DNA of 64,000 nucleotides from Paraspadella gotoi (Eukaryota > Animalia > Chaetognatha). Position 1 is the first letter of the stretch, and each line of letters opens with the position of its first letter. The translations under genes were made by a program, and so were the position numbers. The stretch covers positions 3,249,232 through 3,313,231 of the forward strand of contig CM119263.1 in NCBI GenBank assembly GCA_051294375.1, given 5' to 3'. Shown here in pieces: positions 1 to 12,700 of the stretch. The notes beneath the pieces were generated by a model. The model was not told where the DNA came from and did no database searches. It was given only the letters and a program-made list of their open reading frames with translations.

Positions 1-875
1 ATTGTTATAAAAATGTGAGCATAAATGTTTGGCTAACTTATGATCGCACTGAAGTGTAAGAATGTTTAGAAAATTGTGTTTTTCTTTTTTCGCTATTTGG
101 GCTACTGAGGTATTTTTTAGTGTTACAGTGATAAGAAGTGTTAAGAATTTATTTTACTTAAGGCAGCAAAGTGTTTGGTGTTCACATTTTATCTCTCTCC
201 GTGTCTCCTTTGTGCCTGTGCCAGATTTGGTTGCGCGTGGTCAGCATATTCTAAGCAATTAAAACCGATAAATCAATACATCATATGTGTTGTTGCATCA
301 AAGTGTTGTTGTTTTCCTCTGATGATCATTGAATGTTATTATGAATAAAACTATCAATCTGAATATTACACGAAACAATTTAAAAGGAAAAAAAAATAGA
401 AAAAAAAAATTGTAACCGTAACCGGTAACGAAAAAAAACTGACTTCTGTCGAGGAACTAGTAGTCAGCCTGCCTCGCCAGGCATATCTCCGTCCTATGAC
501 TCGTCGCGCCATTTCTGGGGGAGACTGCCGTCAAGTCCCGTCGTCGCCGGAAGTGAGCGTGGCCGCATCCAGCGCCCCTTTGGTTGCGCCGTCGCGAGTG
601 ACGGCGAGACCCTTCGTCGTGAAAAGGTAAAGAGCATAGAAAGTAGCACACAGATAGGCTTGAGCAGACAAAATGTAGAAAACGAATCATGATGAGTAAA
701 ATATACAGATGAGCAACGGCATCTCTCAACAACTTCCTTAGCTCGAATATAAAGACTCAGAAAGTTTGTTGTCGACTCTTGAAGAATCTTATTCTAACTT
801 AGAAAATAATTTTATTCGATTTAAATTGAGGTTGGAAAAAATCGTTTTGATTTCTGCGGTTCCTTCGTTGCGCCT

Positions 876-2572
876 TCATTCCCATTCCCTTTTAATCGGT
901 TTGCATCGAGCATCCGTGCAATTTTCTCCCAATTCTTTCGGAGTTGCCCCGACTCGATGTTTTCGCGGCGGCGATCTGTATGTCTGCCTTTGCGATTTCC
1001 TGAAAATAGTAAACCGTACTTAAGACAAAAATAGGTAAAACGCTTGCAACGAATTCGTACACCGTCAATACGTTAATAAGAACGTAAAAAAAACAAAAGA
1101 GAAGCCTTTTGTCAAAACGAGGCAATCTCAAAAGTTTCGTTTATGCAGAAACGAACCAAAAGGTGTCGTTGTTGGTTTGAATGTTGTCGAAATCGTAGAC
1201 ATCCTCGTTCGTCGATTGATACCGAAACTCGTTCCTGAACATCGAGAGTTTGGAAGGGAGATCTTTGAAGAGATCGTGGGAAGCGTCCGCGCCGATTCCT
1301 GATGGGAGAAGTGAGGGACGATGATGTAAAGCAGACGTGGGTCATCGATCGGTCAAATCGATCGATCCTAGATCAACCATCGACTCTCACCGAACGTAAC
1401 GTCTCCCGGATTATTTAAATTCGTGTAGACGGCCGTAGAGCCGGACACGCCGAGACTGTCGAAGGATTTTTTGCCGGCTACGCCCACCTGTAGACAAAAG
1501 TCAGATAATCAGACCGATGCTCATTTGTTTTCAAGTCCTTTTATTGATTAAATTTCGAGAGCCTCGCCTTCAAATTTGAATTGATTTTGACGGAGGCAAA
1601 GAGGTCGTCCATCAGGTTGACTTTGACGCCGACTTCCGCGTTGATTTCGTCTTTCTGCAGATTCTTGGAGGCGACGGCGGCGGCCTCTACCGGCCCGATG
1701 GGAACCCAAAGGCTACACCCGACCTTTTCGACGTCATTATCCGCGTGGACGTGAACGTTGAACCTGAAAGGGGCAGCAGGTATCGACTTCAACTTAAAGA
1801 GTTTGATGAAAAAAACAAAATCTCTTTTTTGAAAAAATTGGATTCTTTTTACTTTTATTTTAGACGTAATATTATCGTTAGTTAGCGAGAAAATGAGACT
1901 GGTAAAACAGCAGCTGCAACAAGGAGTGACTCTCAATTGTCAATTAAACCGCTCACATAGATCCGTTGTATCCGGCGGCGAAAGAAGTTGATTTGGGTCC
2001 AGTGGGCGTGTCTCCCTTTTCCGAAGGAAGAGCGATGACGGTGCTGAGTCCGACGGCGGCTTTCATGTGGCTCACGCATACGGTGGCGTTCAACGTGGGT
2101 CCGTCGGGAACTGAAAATATCAAGAAGAGTGGCTCTCTCCGCAGCTAGAACATATAACAACATTTCTTCATATTAATTTAGAGATTCAACTTTTTCGGTG
2201 TTGAGAAATGGATTATATTAAAACCCTTAAAACAAAGAATTATCTTCCCCACGGGACTAATTGCCGACACAATCGCCTTATTTAAAACTTTCTAGATCGA
2301 TAAAGTTGTTCTAAACGGACGCAAGGACGCGATCATCGATCGAAGGGACGCACCGTATTCGACAGTCTCGTTGATGAAGTCGTTCTTGAAAGAGAGACTC
2401 GTCTTCCCCTTGTGATCGACGCCAAGGTTCATGCTTTTCACGGCGAGAAAATCGCTGACGCCGGCGCTGAGGCTGAAGTTGGGGTCAAGGTTCTGGTTCA
2501 TCCCGTGTTTGTCCGTCACGGTCAGATTCTGAGCGGGAGTTGGTCGAGAAAGAGTTCGTTTAATGAAAAGAG

Positions 2573-2663
<91 letters not shown>

Positions 2664-3169
2664 AATACAAAGAGAGACAATAAAGATAGAAAAAAAGAAA
2701 GAATAAAAGATAAGATTAAGATAAAGATAGAAAGAAATAAAAAATTAAAGAATTAAAAAAAGAAAGAAAGAGAGTACATAAATAAAAGACAAAGTAAGAG
2801 AAATTGTTCAAAAGCAAATAATGATAAACTTGTTACTATTAACATTCACATCAGACATCAGTTATCCAATATTTAGCAGAATTGAGACGACGAATTCGTT
2901 ACCTTTTCCTTGGAAACGAACTTCTGCGTCAAATCGACATTTCCTCCAACTTCTTCCTTGGCAAGGTCGTACTTTCCTCCGGTGGAGAGGGAGTTGTTCC
3001 CCGGCAAGTTGTGGTTAATGCTGCCGCTCACGGCATTTTCCGGAACGAAACCTATATATGTTTTTTCTATTGTACTATTGAAACGTTCAGGTTTTTTTTT
3101 TTCAATTTTGACGTTACCGTCCGAGAGGACTTTTTTGGCGTTTTTGCCCAAGTCGCCGTAGGCAGTCAT
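876..3169 (-). CDS. VDAC: Divergent VDAC/eukaryotic porin-like protein, 8 exons, ~362 aa, with ~80-aa C-terminal extension
   Basis: Exons 3169-3118, 3051-2903, 2528-2354, 2110-1957, 1763-1568, 1487-1391, 1298-1157, 999-876 join in compatible phases (1089 nt, ending TGA). N-terminus MTAYGDLGKNAKKVLSDGF matches VDAC YxDLGKxAxDVFxKGY. Further VDAC-like segments: GPTLNATV, SFAAGY, VKINSNLKVGV, and last strand TFGIGADA near residue 280. The last two exons are less certain than the barrel. Confidence 0.8.
2573..2665. repeat. (AAAG)n microsatellite in VDAC intron 2
   Basis: Perfect AAAG run seen directly. Confidence 0.95.
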
Positions 3170-3708
3170 TTTACGCTCAACTTATCGGAAATATTCCTAA
3201 TAAAAACCGGATCCTAAAATTGTTTACTTGTCTTATCGAATTTTCTAAACGTCGTAGGTATAGGGATTTTGTAGGTATTACAAATCGTACAAAGTGTATA
3301 AGTACTCTACATTTGCATCAATATTTATTTAATTTCATTTTCATTAGATAAAATAAAAAAAGATTGTCCTCGATAGCCTTTTGTTTTTAATATTTTTCGC
3401 CAATAAAGGCGCTAACAAACACCTCGTAATTGGTTTCTGTTATCGTTTCGAGTTCTGACGAGTCAGGGCGGTTAACAGGAAATGATGGTAATGGGTGGTA
3501 GGGGAAAGCAACGGGTGCCAAGTGGTTTTAAATTTAAACTATTGTTTTTCCGAAACTGACTAAGACGCAGTATATATCGCCAGCTTTTATATATACCTAT
3601 ACCGTTTTACTTGCTCGGTTACGCCCTTTCTAACTAATATCAAAAAACTGAACAAAAGATCATCCAAGGTGGCAATAACGGGGAAGATTTATAGTGGAAG
3701 TGACACAA

Positions 3709-3711
<3 letters not shown>

Positions 3712-3766
<55 letters not shown>
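3712..3766. repeat. (AG)n microsatellite
   Basis: Seen directly. Confidence 0.95.
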
Positions 3767-3770
<4 letters not shown>

Positions 3771-4103
3771 CATTTTTCGTCCGTAAAAAGCCTAATCCAA
3801 TTCGAAGCTACGTACAAACTGTACAACAAGCAAGCCAGTTTAATGAGTTATAATTTTTATAAAATTAATTTATATATATATTGGAACCTTCTATTATTCA
3901 AATCCTCTCTTTCTTAATCCATGTACTTGTCAAGTTCATGTCTGAATCTTCCTATTCCGCCTTCTGGCCCTGATCGAGCATCGAACTCAGTTCCAGCCAA
4001 AAGACCCACTTCTCCTTATATGGATAAGCCAAACAATCTGATTTACACAGCGCCCGTCAGTGGCTTCGCCTCGCCGATCAGTCGAATCTTCTTTACTTCT
4101 TCC

Positions 4104-4104
<1 letters not shown>

Positions 4105-4166
<62 letters not shown>
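4105..4166. repeat. (CT)n microsatellite
   Basis: Seen directly. Confidence 0.95.
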
Positions 4167-4169
<3 letters not shown>

Positions 4170-6784
4170 ATCGGTTTCAGCCAATCAGGAACTAAGCTCG
4201 GACTGGCAGCCCTTCTCCCTCCCCGTTCTCTCTCTTTCGCGGCGGCGGCGATGCATGCAACCGTCGACGTAATGCAATGCAATGTCCCGACGACCGACCA
4301 TCGGCCAACTCTTTATTGTTTCTTGTTTGCGAGAACGCAACCCTGATTCAGCCACCGTTTGCCGACTTTCATCAAAACTCGTACAACCTTTCGCTTTTTC
4401 GATTAACACAAAACCTCGCGTTTCTTAAAGTCATTTGTTTTTTTATTTCTTCGGGTACAAGCGCGTCTGTGCTTGCTTCAAAGTTAAAAAAACATTTTTT
4501 TCGACCTCAGCTTGATCTTTTGATTGTCAATAAACCAACTCACACGATGTTTACGCCTGTTTCATGCCTAAAAGTAAAACCATTGACCTTTCGATAAACA
4601 ACGTCGCTCGTCGTCGATTAAATTCGTCGAATGTTAATAAACAAATGAACAATATATGAAATTAAATCACGCGTACTTTTTTAGATACGAGGTGATAGAC
4701 CCGTGTTATTAAAGATAATAAAGATATGGCATGCAGGGAGATTATTTTGTATGAGAAAAATACTTGCATGTGGAGAATTTTTCTCTGATTAATGACAGAA
4801 ATTTTCGTCTGGAAAATCTGCACATGCAAAAGCGTTTTTTTCGATGATTACTATCATTTGAAGGACAAATATTTCATCAGGACGATGACGTATGTAGTTT
4901 GTACAAATAAAACTTAAGAACTAAATATTTGGCGGTACATAACATAACTACCTAACAAAACAAGCCACACATCCAAACGGCCTTAAAGCTTGTATTCCTA
5001 TAAAACAACTATGTTATCATATTTTGCTATAAAAAGAACCAAATTTATCGGGCTGACAATCGTGGGAAATGAAGGAGTAACGAAGACCAGAATCACGGAT
5101 GATAATAACAAAATAATCGATTTACTTAACAGGGCCACAGGTCCTTACCCCTTAGTATCAAAACTGATTCCTGGCCAAAAAATCAAAACAGATGCCAAAT
5201 TGTTTTCTTTCGCCTTCCTAAAAAAGAAAGCACACACAGACAAACACTCATCAACCACACTTCAGAGCAAAAAGAATAAGAAAGAAAAGAACGAACGTGA
5301 GCTCGGAGGTTTTTGATTGTTCCGTCCCAGTTTGATATAATCCGACTTTGGAACTGAAAAAGCCTGTCACCTCCTGCAAAGTTGAGACGTCATAAAAAAC
5401 CACTTTTTTCTCATTCTCAATTCTTTTTTTCTCTATTTGTCGTAGAAAACAGACTTTAAATATTTCAACGTTGCTATATGTTTATAACACGAAACCTTAG
5501 ATTATTTTTTTTACCAAATTCTTTTTACCCATTGAAAGAATGATGGTTTTGTTATTTTTTCTGACAAGGTTACAATCGTTTAAATTCAGGAATGACCTTG
5601 AGAGAAAAAGGTTTTATTTCAGTGAGGATCCACAGAGTCGCCGTCTTCTTTTTCTTGGGGCCGTCCTTCCTATAAATTCGAGACCGGGAGAGAGAGAGAC
5701 AGAGAAAGAGAGAGAGCGAGCAGGGTTTTAACATTTCTGTTTGAAGAAGCAGAGATCCCCACCCTTTCTCTTTACTGGTTTTATTGTTTTAACTTTTCTC
5801 TTCCTCAAATGAGAGAGAGAGAGAGAACACACAAAAAAAAGTGAGAACTTTTTTTCGAAACTGACTCTGTCTCACTCTTTCCCTCTCTTTTTCTGTGGTC
5901 GTCTTCAAGGGGAATTTTGTTTGAAAAATGTTGATAACAGATCCGAGATCGGGTTCGCTTCGTCCCCCTCGATTTTTTAAAAGAATTATTCAAATATTAT
6001 ATATAGTCGTCTCTGTTAAAAAAAAGATTATCACCGAAGCCGTGGACGTCGATCAAAGTTCGGAAACGAATTTTCAGCTCAGAATTCAATTTTCGGATTT
6101 GGATTTTCGGGTCACAGTCAAATTTTCTCGAACCTTTTTGCTCCCGATTACCTATAACTTTCTTTTTTTTTTCGAAGAGAATATTTATATTGGCAGAGTT
6201 TTATAAAAAAATATTTAACGGTTAACAGGTTTTGGAAATATCGATTTGGGTATTTTTTTTAGATGAAAATTGTGTGTTTATCGGATGGCCCCGATCTTGG
6301 GGTCGATCTTCCACCCAAGAGCTCACCACTTCTCCCAAACCTCGCCAACTCCGCCTCGATTTTATTTTTTTAAATTTTTTTAATAATATTTTCTTCTTTT
6401 TATCTCCCGAATGTTATTCGCATTAAAGGCTACTCTTTCGGAGTAATCAACGTGGATAAATAGTAATTTAAGGGTTTAATTTCAGCGCGCTTCTACGTTA
6501 ATAATACTCTTTTTCTGTTACGTGAATTTCCACGTGTCAAAAATCTCTTCATCAATATTCACAAAAAACAACCTTTGTCTACAGATCGAACATTTACGAT
6601 TCGGAAAACTCCGCCCACGGTCACTACATTAAAGTTTACGATTGGAATTCCAATTCATTACTACAAATCTTTTCACGAAAAACATTTTCTGATCTCGTTT
6701 ATCGACTTTCTTCGCGAATATCGTCGAAAGAAAAACATAACTTTCGAACGCTTTTTTTTTAACGCGTGACATCGGATCCCAATT

Positions 6785-9700
6785 ATGGCGCCACCGTCGC
6801 CCGTGGAAGCGGCGCCGGCGACCAACGGCCGAACCAACGGCGTCGAAAACGGAGACGGGAAATACATTGACACGGTGGACCGGGACGACCCCGCCTACAT
6901 CAAGGACATGCAGAGACCGCCCGACATTAAGGAAGACCTACAGGCCATGGAAGCCCGACAGAGAGTCTCGCTCATTCTCAATTCTCAAGGTGCCCGCTTT
7001 TTTATGGCCCATTGACATGCAGCGTTTTTGAGATGGCACGAGACCGGTGAAAAAGAACAGCAATTGAGGTTTATTGCCCCGGTTATAGTTTACTCTCTAA
7101 CCTGTAATTTAATTAGATAAAAATCTGGTCTATTATTTAAAATGTATCGGCTATCGTGTGTCAATCATCATTACTGGTAATTATTATCTTCGAGGACCCT
7201 CACAGAAAAGTATGGAAAAAAGTATCATCATTTAACATATCGTTTCGTTATAAAATACTCATCTCTTCCGATATCCTCAGCCTTTCGAGAAGAGCTGGAG
7301 GCGATCGTGGAGTCACAGATCCGCAACTCGTCTCACCCGGCGAGTCTCATCGCGCTCCAACACATCGCCGAGATGGTCCTACCTCCCGCATCGGGAAAGT
7401 CTTTCCGCAAGGGAAGCGTCTCCGCGGGTAAGTTTTTAATAGCATCCGCGACGAACGAGGGTCGGGTTAACGATAGGCCCCGCCTTTCAGGTCTCGGACC
7501 GGGTCTTCAAACGACGATTCCCTTGGCGGCGGCCAATACAGTCATCCCGCCGGTCAACGACCTCCGCGGGTCCGATTTTATGGCTTACTCCAAAATCGAA
7601 AAGTACCTGAGATGTAAACTGGCCTCGCTCTACCGAATCGTCGACCTGTTTGGATGGAGTCACGGAATTTACAATCACATTACGGTGAGAACCGTTTTCC
7701 TAATGACCTAAATTCAAAATATCTTAAAAATGTAAAGTGCATGTGTCAATGTGACAGATATATCATAGTACCCAAAAAATCTTGTCATTCCAAGTTTTGG
7801 AACAATCGTTGATCTTACTACCTTTTTTTTTTATCCAGATGAGGACCCGATATTCATAAGCTTGTTTTTAAATGAAAAATATAAAACATTTAAAATGAAG
7901 GCATGGTTTCTCCCTTAGCTTCGATCCGGCGGAGAAGCGGATCACTTCCTGATCAACCCTTTCGGGATGCTCTACAGCGAAATCACTGCCTCCTCTTTGG
8001 TCAAAATCGATACCCTTGGCACAGTCGTCGACGAAGGAAGCACAACTATGGGGATCAACAAAGCTGGGTTAGGCTAAACGCATTTCGGCTAAATTTTGAT
8101 TTTCGTTTTGATAAATAATAATGTGGCGATCCCGGAGTTGAATTCCCTCTGGAGGCTTATGGGAAAACGAAGAGAAAGAAGAGGAAAAAATAAAGTTCGT
8201 TTCTTTACGGAAAAGAAAATTTAAGATCGTAACAACAATGATATTAAAAACGTTTTTATTATTGTTATTAATTATTATTATTATATATATTTATATATTT
8301 ATATTATATATTATAATTATTTTATTGTTATTAATATATAAATATTTTGATTAATAGGTTTACAATTCACTCCGCCATCCATTCCTTTCGGCCCGACATA
8401 AAATGCATCATTCATCTTCACACGCCAGCCGCCGTTGCAGTCAGTGCTTGCAAACAAGGCTTTATGGCTGTCTCTCAAGTAAGCTTAAGATTTTAATGTT
8501 ACCGCTATAGATATGAAATTTCAAATATACTAATTTTTCAGTGGAGTCAAATTTCTTAAAGGTTAATTTCCTCTCCTGTATTTGATCCTCAGGAGGCAAT
8601 GATCGTCGGCGATGTTTCATACCACGATTACAGGGGAATCGCTTTAACAGAGGAGGAAAAAGACGAACTGCAAAAAAGTATCGGGCCTACTAACAAGGTA
8701 AAACCTACCCATTTTAATTTAGCAAACTTTGTTCCCAATTTAAGTAAATGATTATAACAAGTTAGCGTAATTTTTGTTTTATTTCCATGTGGTTTAGGTT
8801 ATGATATATCATTTATGATTATTCATGTTTTTCCATGATCGTGCACGTTAGATGTAAATTTTACAAGATTGCATCTCATACGTTGTACTCGTACGAATTG
8901 ATTCTCAGCCCCGGCGGGCGACTGTGCGGACATTTGATATTCTGCAAACGTTGATTGTTGTCTTCCTCCTGCCTCTTGAGAGTCTGATCGATTCTGCTCA
9001 TGATTGACGAAGTCGGCGTCAATCCCACGAATTTTTGTTTCACCTGTTAAAATAAGTTCGGATTCTCTCCTTGTCTCCAACTTCGCTCTCTCTCTCTCTC
9101 TCTGTCTCACTTTTCCGTTGTAGTCAATGAGAACTATGTGAATGTCCCGTTCGTTTCTCAGATCGAGCTCGTAGCGAATTTGAAGAAGTTCCGTAATGGA
9201 GACGTCGCCCGTGTGCAGATGTGGAGCGTTGTTGAAACCCGAGTACATTCTGTTGACAAATGGTAAACGACAGTAGGGTGTGTGATTCGAAATCGTTTTA
9301 TTCATTGCTATACGTACGTGTTGACTCCTTTGTAGTAGAAGTCGTCTTTTCTCAATTTCATGGTGTGAGCGCCGGAAACTCCTAAGATCGAGAGGACCGT
9401 AAAGTGACGGACGGCGTAGTCGCAATCGTGTTGATAGATGTCGGACATTTGCTGGACATATCTAAGCTCGTTTGTGGCCCGGGCGGATACAATCTGGGAA
9501 TCCCAAATAAGCTTTTGTAGACGATTAAATTAGGTATATCGTTTCCCTTCCTAGATTAAATTGATTTCGTAACATGACGTAACCTGGGTGCATTTCATAC
9601 CAGTAATCGTCTCCTGTGCTGGAATCTCTCGACCAAAGCGATGGGCTCCGCTCTCCTCAGACAAGATTCCGCTATGAAAGGCAGAAGACAAAAAACTAGA

Positions 9701-12700
9701 CACAACAACGACGTTGTCGTCGTTGTTGTGTTCGATCTTTTTTTGATCTTCTCTTGGCATTCTTTTATGACTAATCCGCTTAGCATTTTCTGGGCGAGGA
9801 CACTCCAAAAACAAATCGGCCAGGGGAAAAAAAAGAAGTCGGTAATGTTCGATTTTTCGTCGGGCTTATTATTTTTTTTTTCTTAGAGCGACTTTTAACT
9901 CTTCGATGAGTCGAAGAAAGTTAGGATTTTTTTTGTTTTGGTTTTAACTTATTTTTTTTTGTGTCGAATATTACGTCGGAAGATTTTTAATGAATGCAAA
10001 TTGAGAGAAATTGAGTGGAAATTGGATCAATCCTAAGAAAAGTTTCTTCTAAAGCGTTTCGTGTGAAGATTTTTTTTTAAGGCATAGGTTAGAGCTTTGA
10101 AGGATTTATTGGGAAGCCCGTTCCGGAAAAGCGGTTAGCTTCGGCTTGTTTGCTTCATTAGGTTTCGTTCACATTTATGTCACAGTCCGAGGTTTTGATG
10201 GATGAGGGTTTACGTCAAAGATGTTTGTCGCGAAGTAACTATTCACAAATAACCAAGAGTTCCCGAATCTTAGGTTTTTAGTATTCCCTTAAAAGTAATG
10301 ATTTATCATTGAAACTCTGAAAAGATTACGGATTAAAAACATATTTTAAATTAGATAAAAACTGTAGTATATGAATTTCACCATTTTATTTTAGGTTGTT
10401 TTTCTTCGAAATCACGGAATCTTGACGTGCGGAGGAACAGTGGAAGAGGCGTGGCATTTTGCGTTCAACACGATGAAGGCTTGTGAAACTCAGACGCGAC
10501 TTTTGCCTCTCGGTCAGTTTTGCGAATCACTATTGGATTTTGTGATTTTTGAAAATGTAATTTTGATATAGGAGTGGAGAACATCATCGAGGCGTCTCCG
10601 GAGGCCAGGGAGCAAGTGAAAGAAGTGACGTCACACGGCGGCGGCGGGGTCGACTCTTCGGGCAAAAAGTGGAAAATCGGGGAACTCGAGTTCGAGGCGC
10701 TCATGCGACTCCTCGACAACGCGGTAATTAGATTTGGTCTTAGAAGTTGACTAAGACTTGGGCAACTTGTTTTTAATTTTTTATATTTTTATTGTTACTC
10801 TTCTATTCTTTTTAAAAAAGTGAAATCACTGCAATCGTCTCGTGTCATTCGTTTATTTAATGATTCCAACCTTCAATTTAATTTTGATTCCAGGGTTACC
10901 AAACGGGATACATTTACAAGCAACCCATAGCGTTCGATATCAAGGGCAGTCGCGCCGGGTCCGAAGTCGAAATTCCCCCCGCAGCCACGAACATACCTGC
11001 TTACGGTCCTGACGCTGAACTTTCCCCCTCGAAGGTTCGCCAGTCTCACTGTTTATTGGGAGAATATTGTCTTTTGATATCGCTACGCTACTATATTAGT
11101 TAAATTTGTCTCCTCTTTCAGCAAATGGCGCTTTTGAAACAGAAAAAGTTCAAAGATTCCTGGCTTAATTCGCCGAACGCGTATTCTCGAGTGGAGTTGG
11201 AGGAAACTGGCACGACGCAACCAAAAAAGTACACTACAGTAAGTAGACCGTCCTTTGTGATATTTAAAATAAATGTTCCAACTAGCTATTACTTATTATT
11301 TATTGTGTTTTAGTGGGTTAAAGGTTCGCCGACGCACACTAACATGACCATGAGAGTAGACAACGCCCACGCCTTTGCTCCACTCGGGGAAGATCCCAGA
11401 GAATTGAAGAAAGCCCATTCACAGATCAAGAAAAACTGGTGAGCTTTGTTGGATCTTTTAACAGTTCTACAACTACAAGATGGTTCTGAAAGTAATCCGT
11501 TTTAAGATATGAATGAATTCACATAAATGAAGGATTTAATTTTTCCCGCCGAGTCACGCTTAACACAGTGTGATGTTGACATTCCAGGTACGAGGACAAC
11601 ATCTCCTCGGGACCGCAGTCCAAGATCCTCGAAGGGCTGACGTGGGAGGAAGCGGAGAAGTTGAAGGAGTCCATGATCAAAGGCGGCGCCTCGCCCGGCG
11701 CCCACGAGATCATCATGATGGGCGCCGCCTCTAAAGGCATCATCAAAAGGGAGCAGCAACACAACGCCACAGTTTATAAAACTTACTATCAGGTAGCTTT
11801 AAAAAAATTGTTACTACAGTAAATATATCGGAAGAGCCATGTACTCCAGACATAATTTATCATATTTCACGATTCTCCCTTATTTTTCTATGACAGAAGG
11901 TAGGTGTGTCAGTAACTTTTTAAAAACTTTTAAAAAAATCGCAATTGAAATTAATACAAAATGAAAAGCAAATTCTGCCCGTTGCCATAAAAATTTTAAT
12001 GTTAAAATAACAAACCCGCGTGAATAATTTTCCTAATCTCTTGATACTATCAATGATAGTATTTCCTAATTTTCTTGATAGTATTTGAAGTAATTTTGAA
12101 TATTCCAAAATGAGCATCTCTTTCTTACAGGCAAATCCGTTCGCCAATATGGACGAGAAGGAGGATTTCGAATCGTACCAACGTCAAATCGAGGAGAAGA
12201 AATTACAAGAACAAGGTGAGTTTAATATAATAGCGCAAGAGTGAGTTTCGAACCGTCGAATCCGACATCGTGGCACGGCCTTGGTTTTCAATATTTTTCC
12301 AATTTTCCGGCGTCTCTTCTTTCAATCTATCGCCTAAAAACAGCTATGCAAAAACGAGCTCTTCTGGACGAAATCACAGACAGGGCGAAACATGGTAATT
12401 TTAAGCCTGTGATAAACAGCTTTATCATAAGCCGACATTTATTTTATTAGTTAGGAAAAATTTTGTCAATGTGATGTGTTTATATTAATTCGTTAAGCTA
12501 CCCGTTTCCATTTTTTCGTTTGTGATCACCGCAATTTTTAGCCCCAACTAAAATTAGTAACTTCCGGGCGAGTTAATGATAAAACTTGTTTTTTTCTTTA
12601 CATCGACACTTTTTCTAGTCGAAAATTTCAACAAGTAAGGTTTCGTTTGTTTCACTTTTGGTCGTAGGCATATTCGAGGTAAAGAGCACTATCTTATAGC

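Noticed and set aside
457-630. GC-rich patch ending in AAG|GTAAAG, a possible plus-strand exon
   Set aside because: No partner exon or recognisable protein within the window; strand and frame cannot be determined
2412-4346. ERERER/SLSLSL/KKER ORFs (also at 49.4-50.7 kb and 60.3-63.0 kb)
   Set aside because: Translated AG, CT and AAAG microsatellites
8823-9425. 200-aa single-exon ORF
   Set aside because: A chimera of off-frame exon, intron and one in-frame exon of the nested DUF4174 gene
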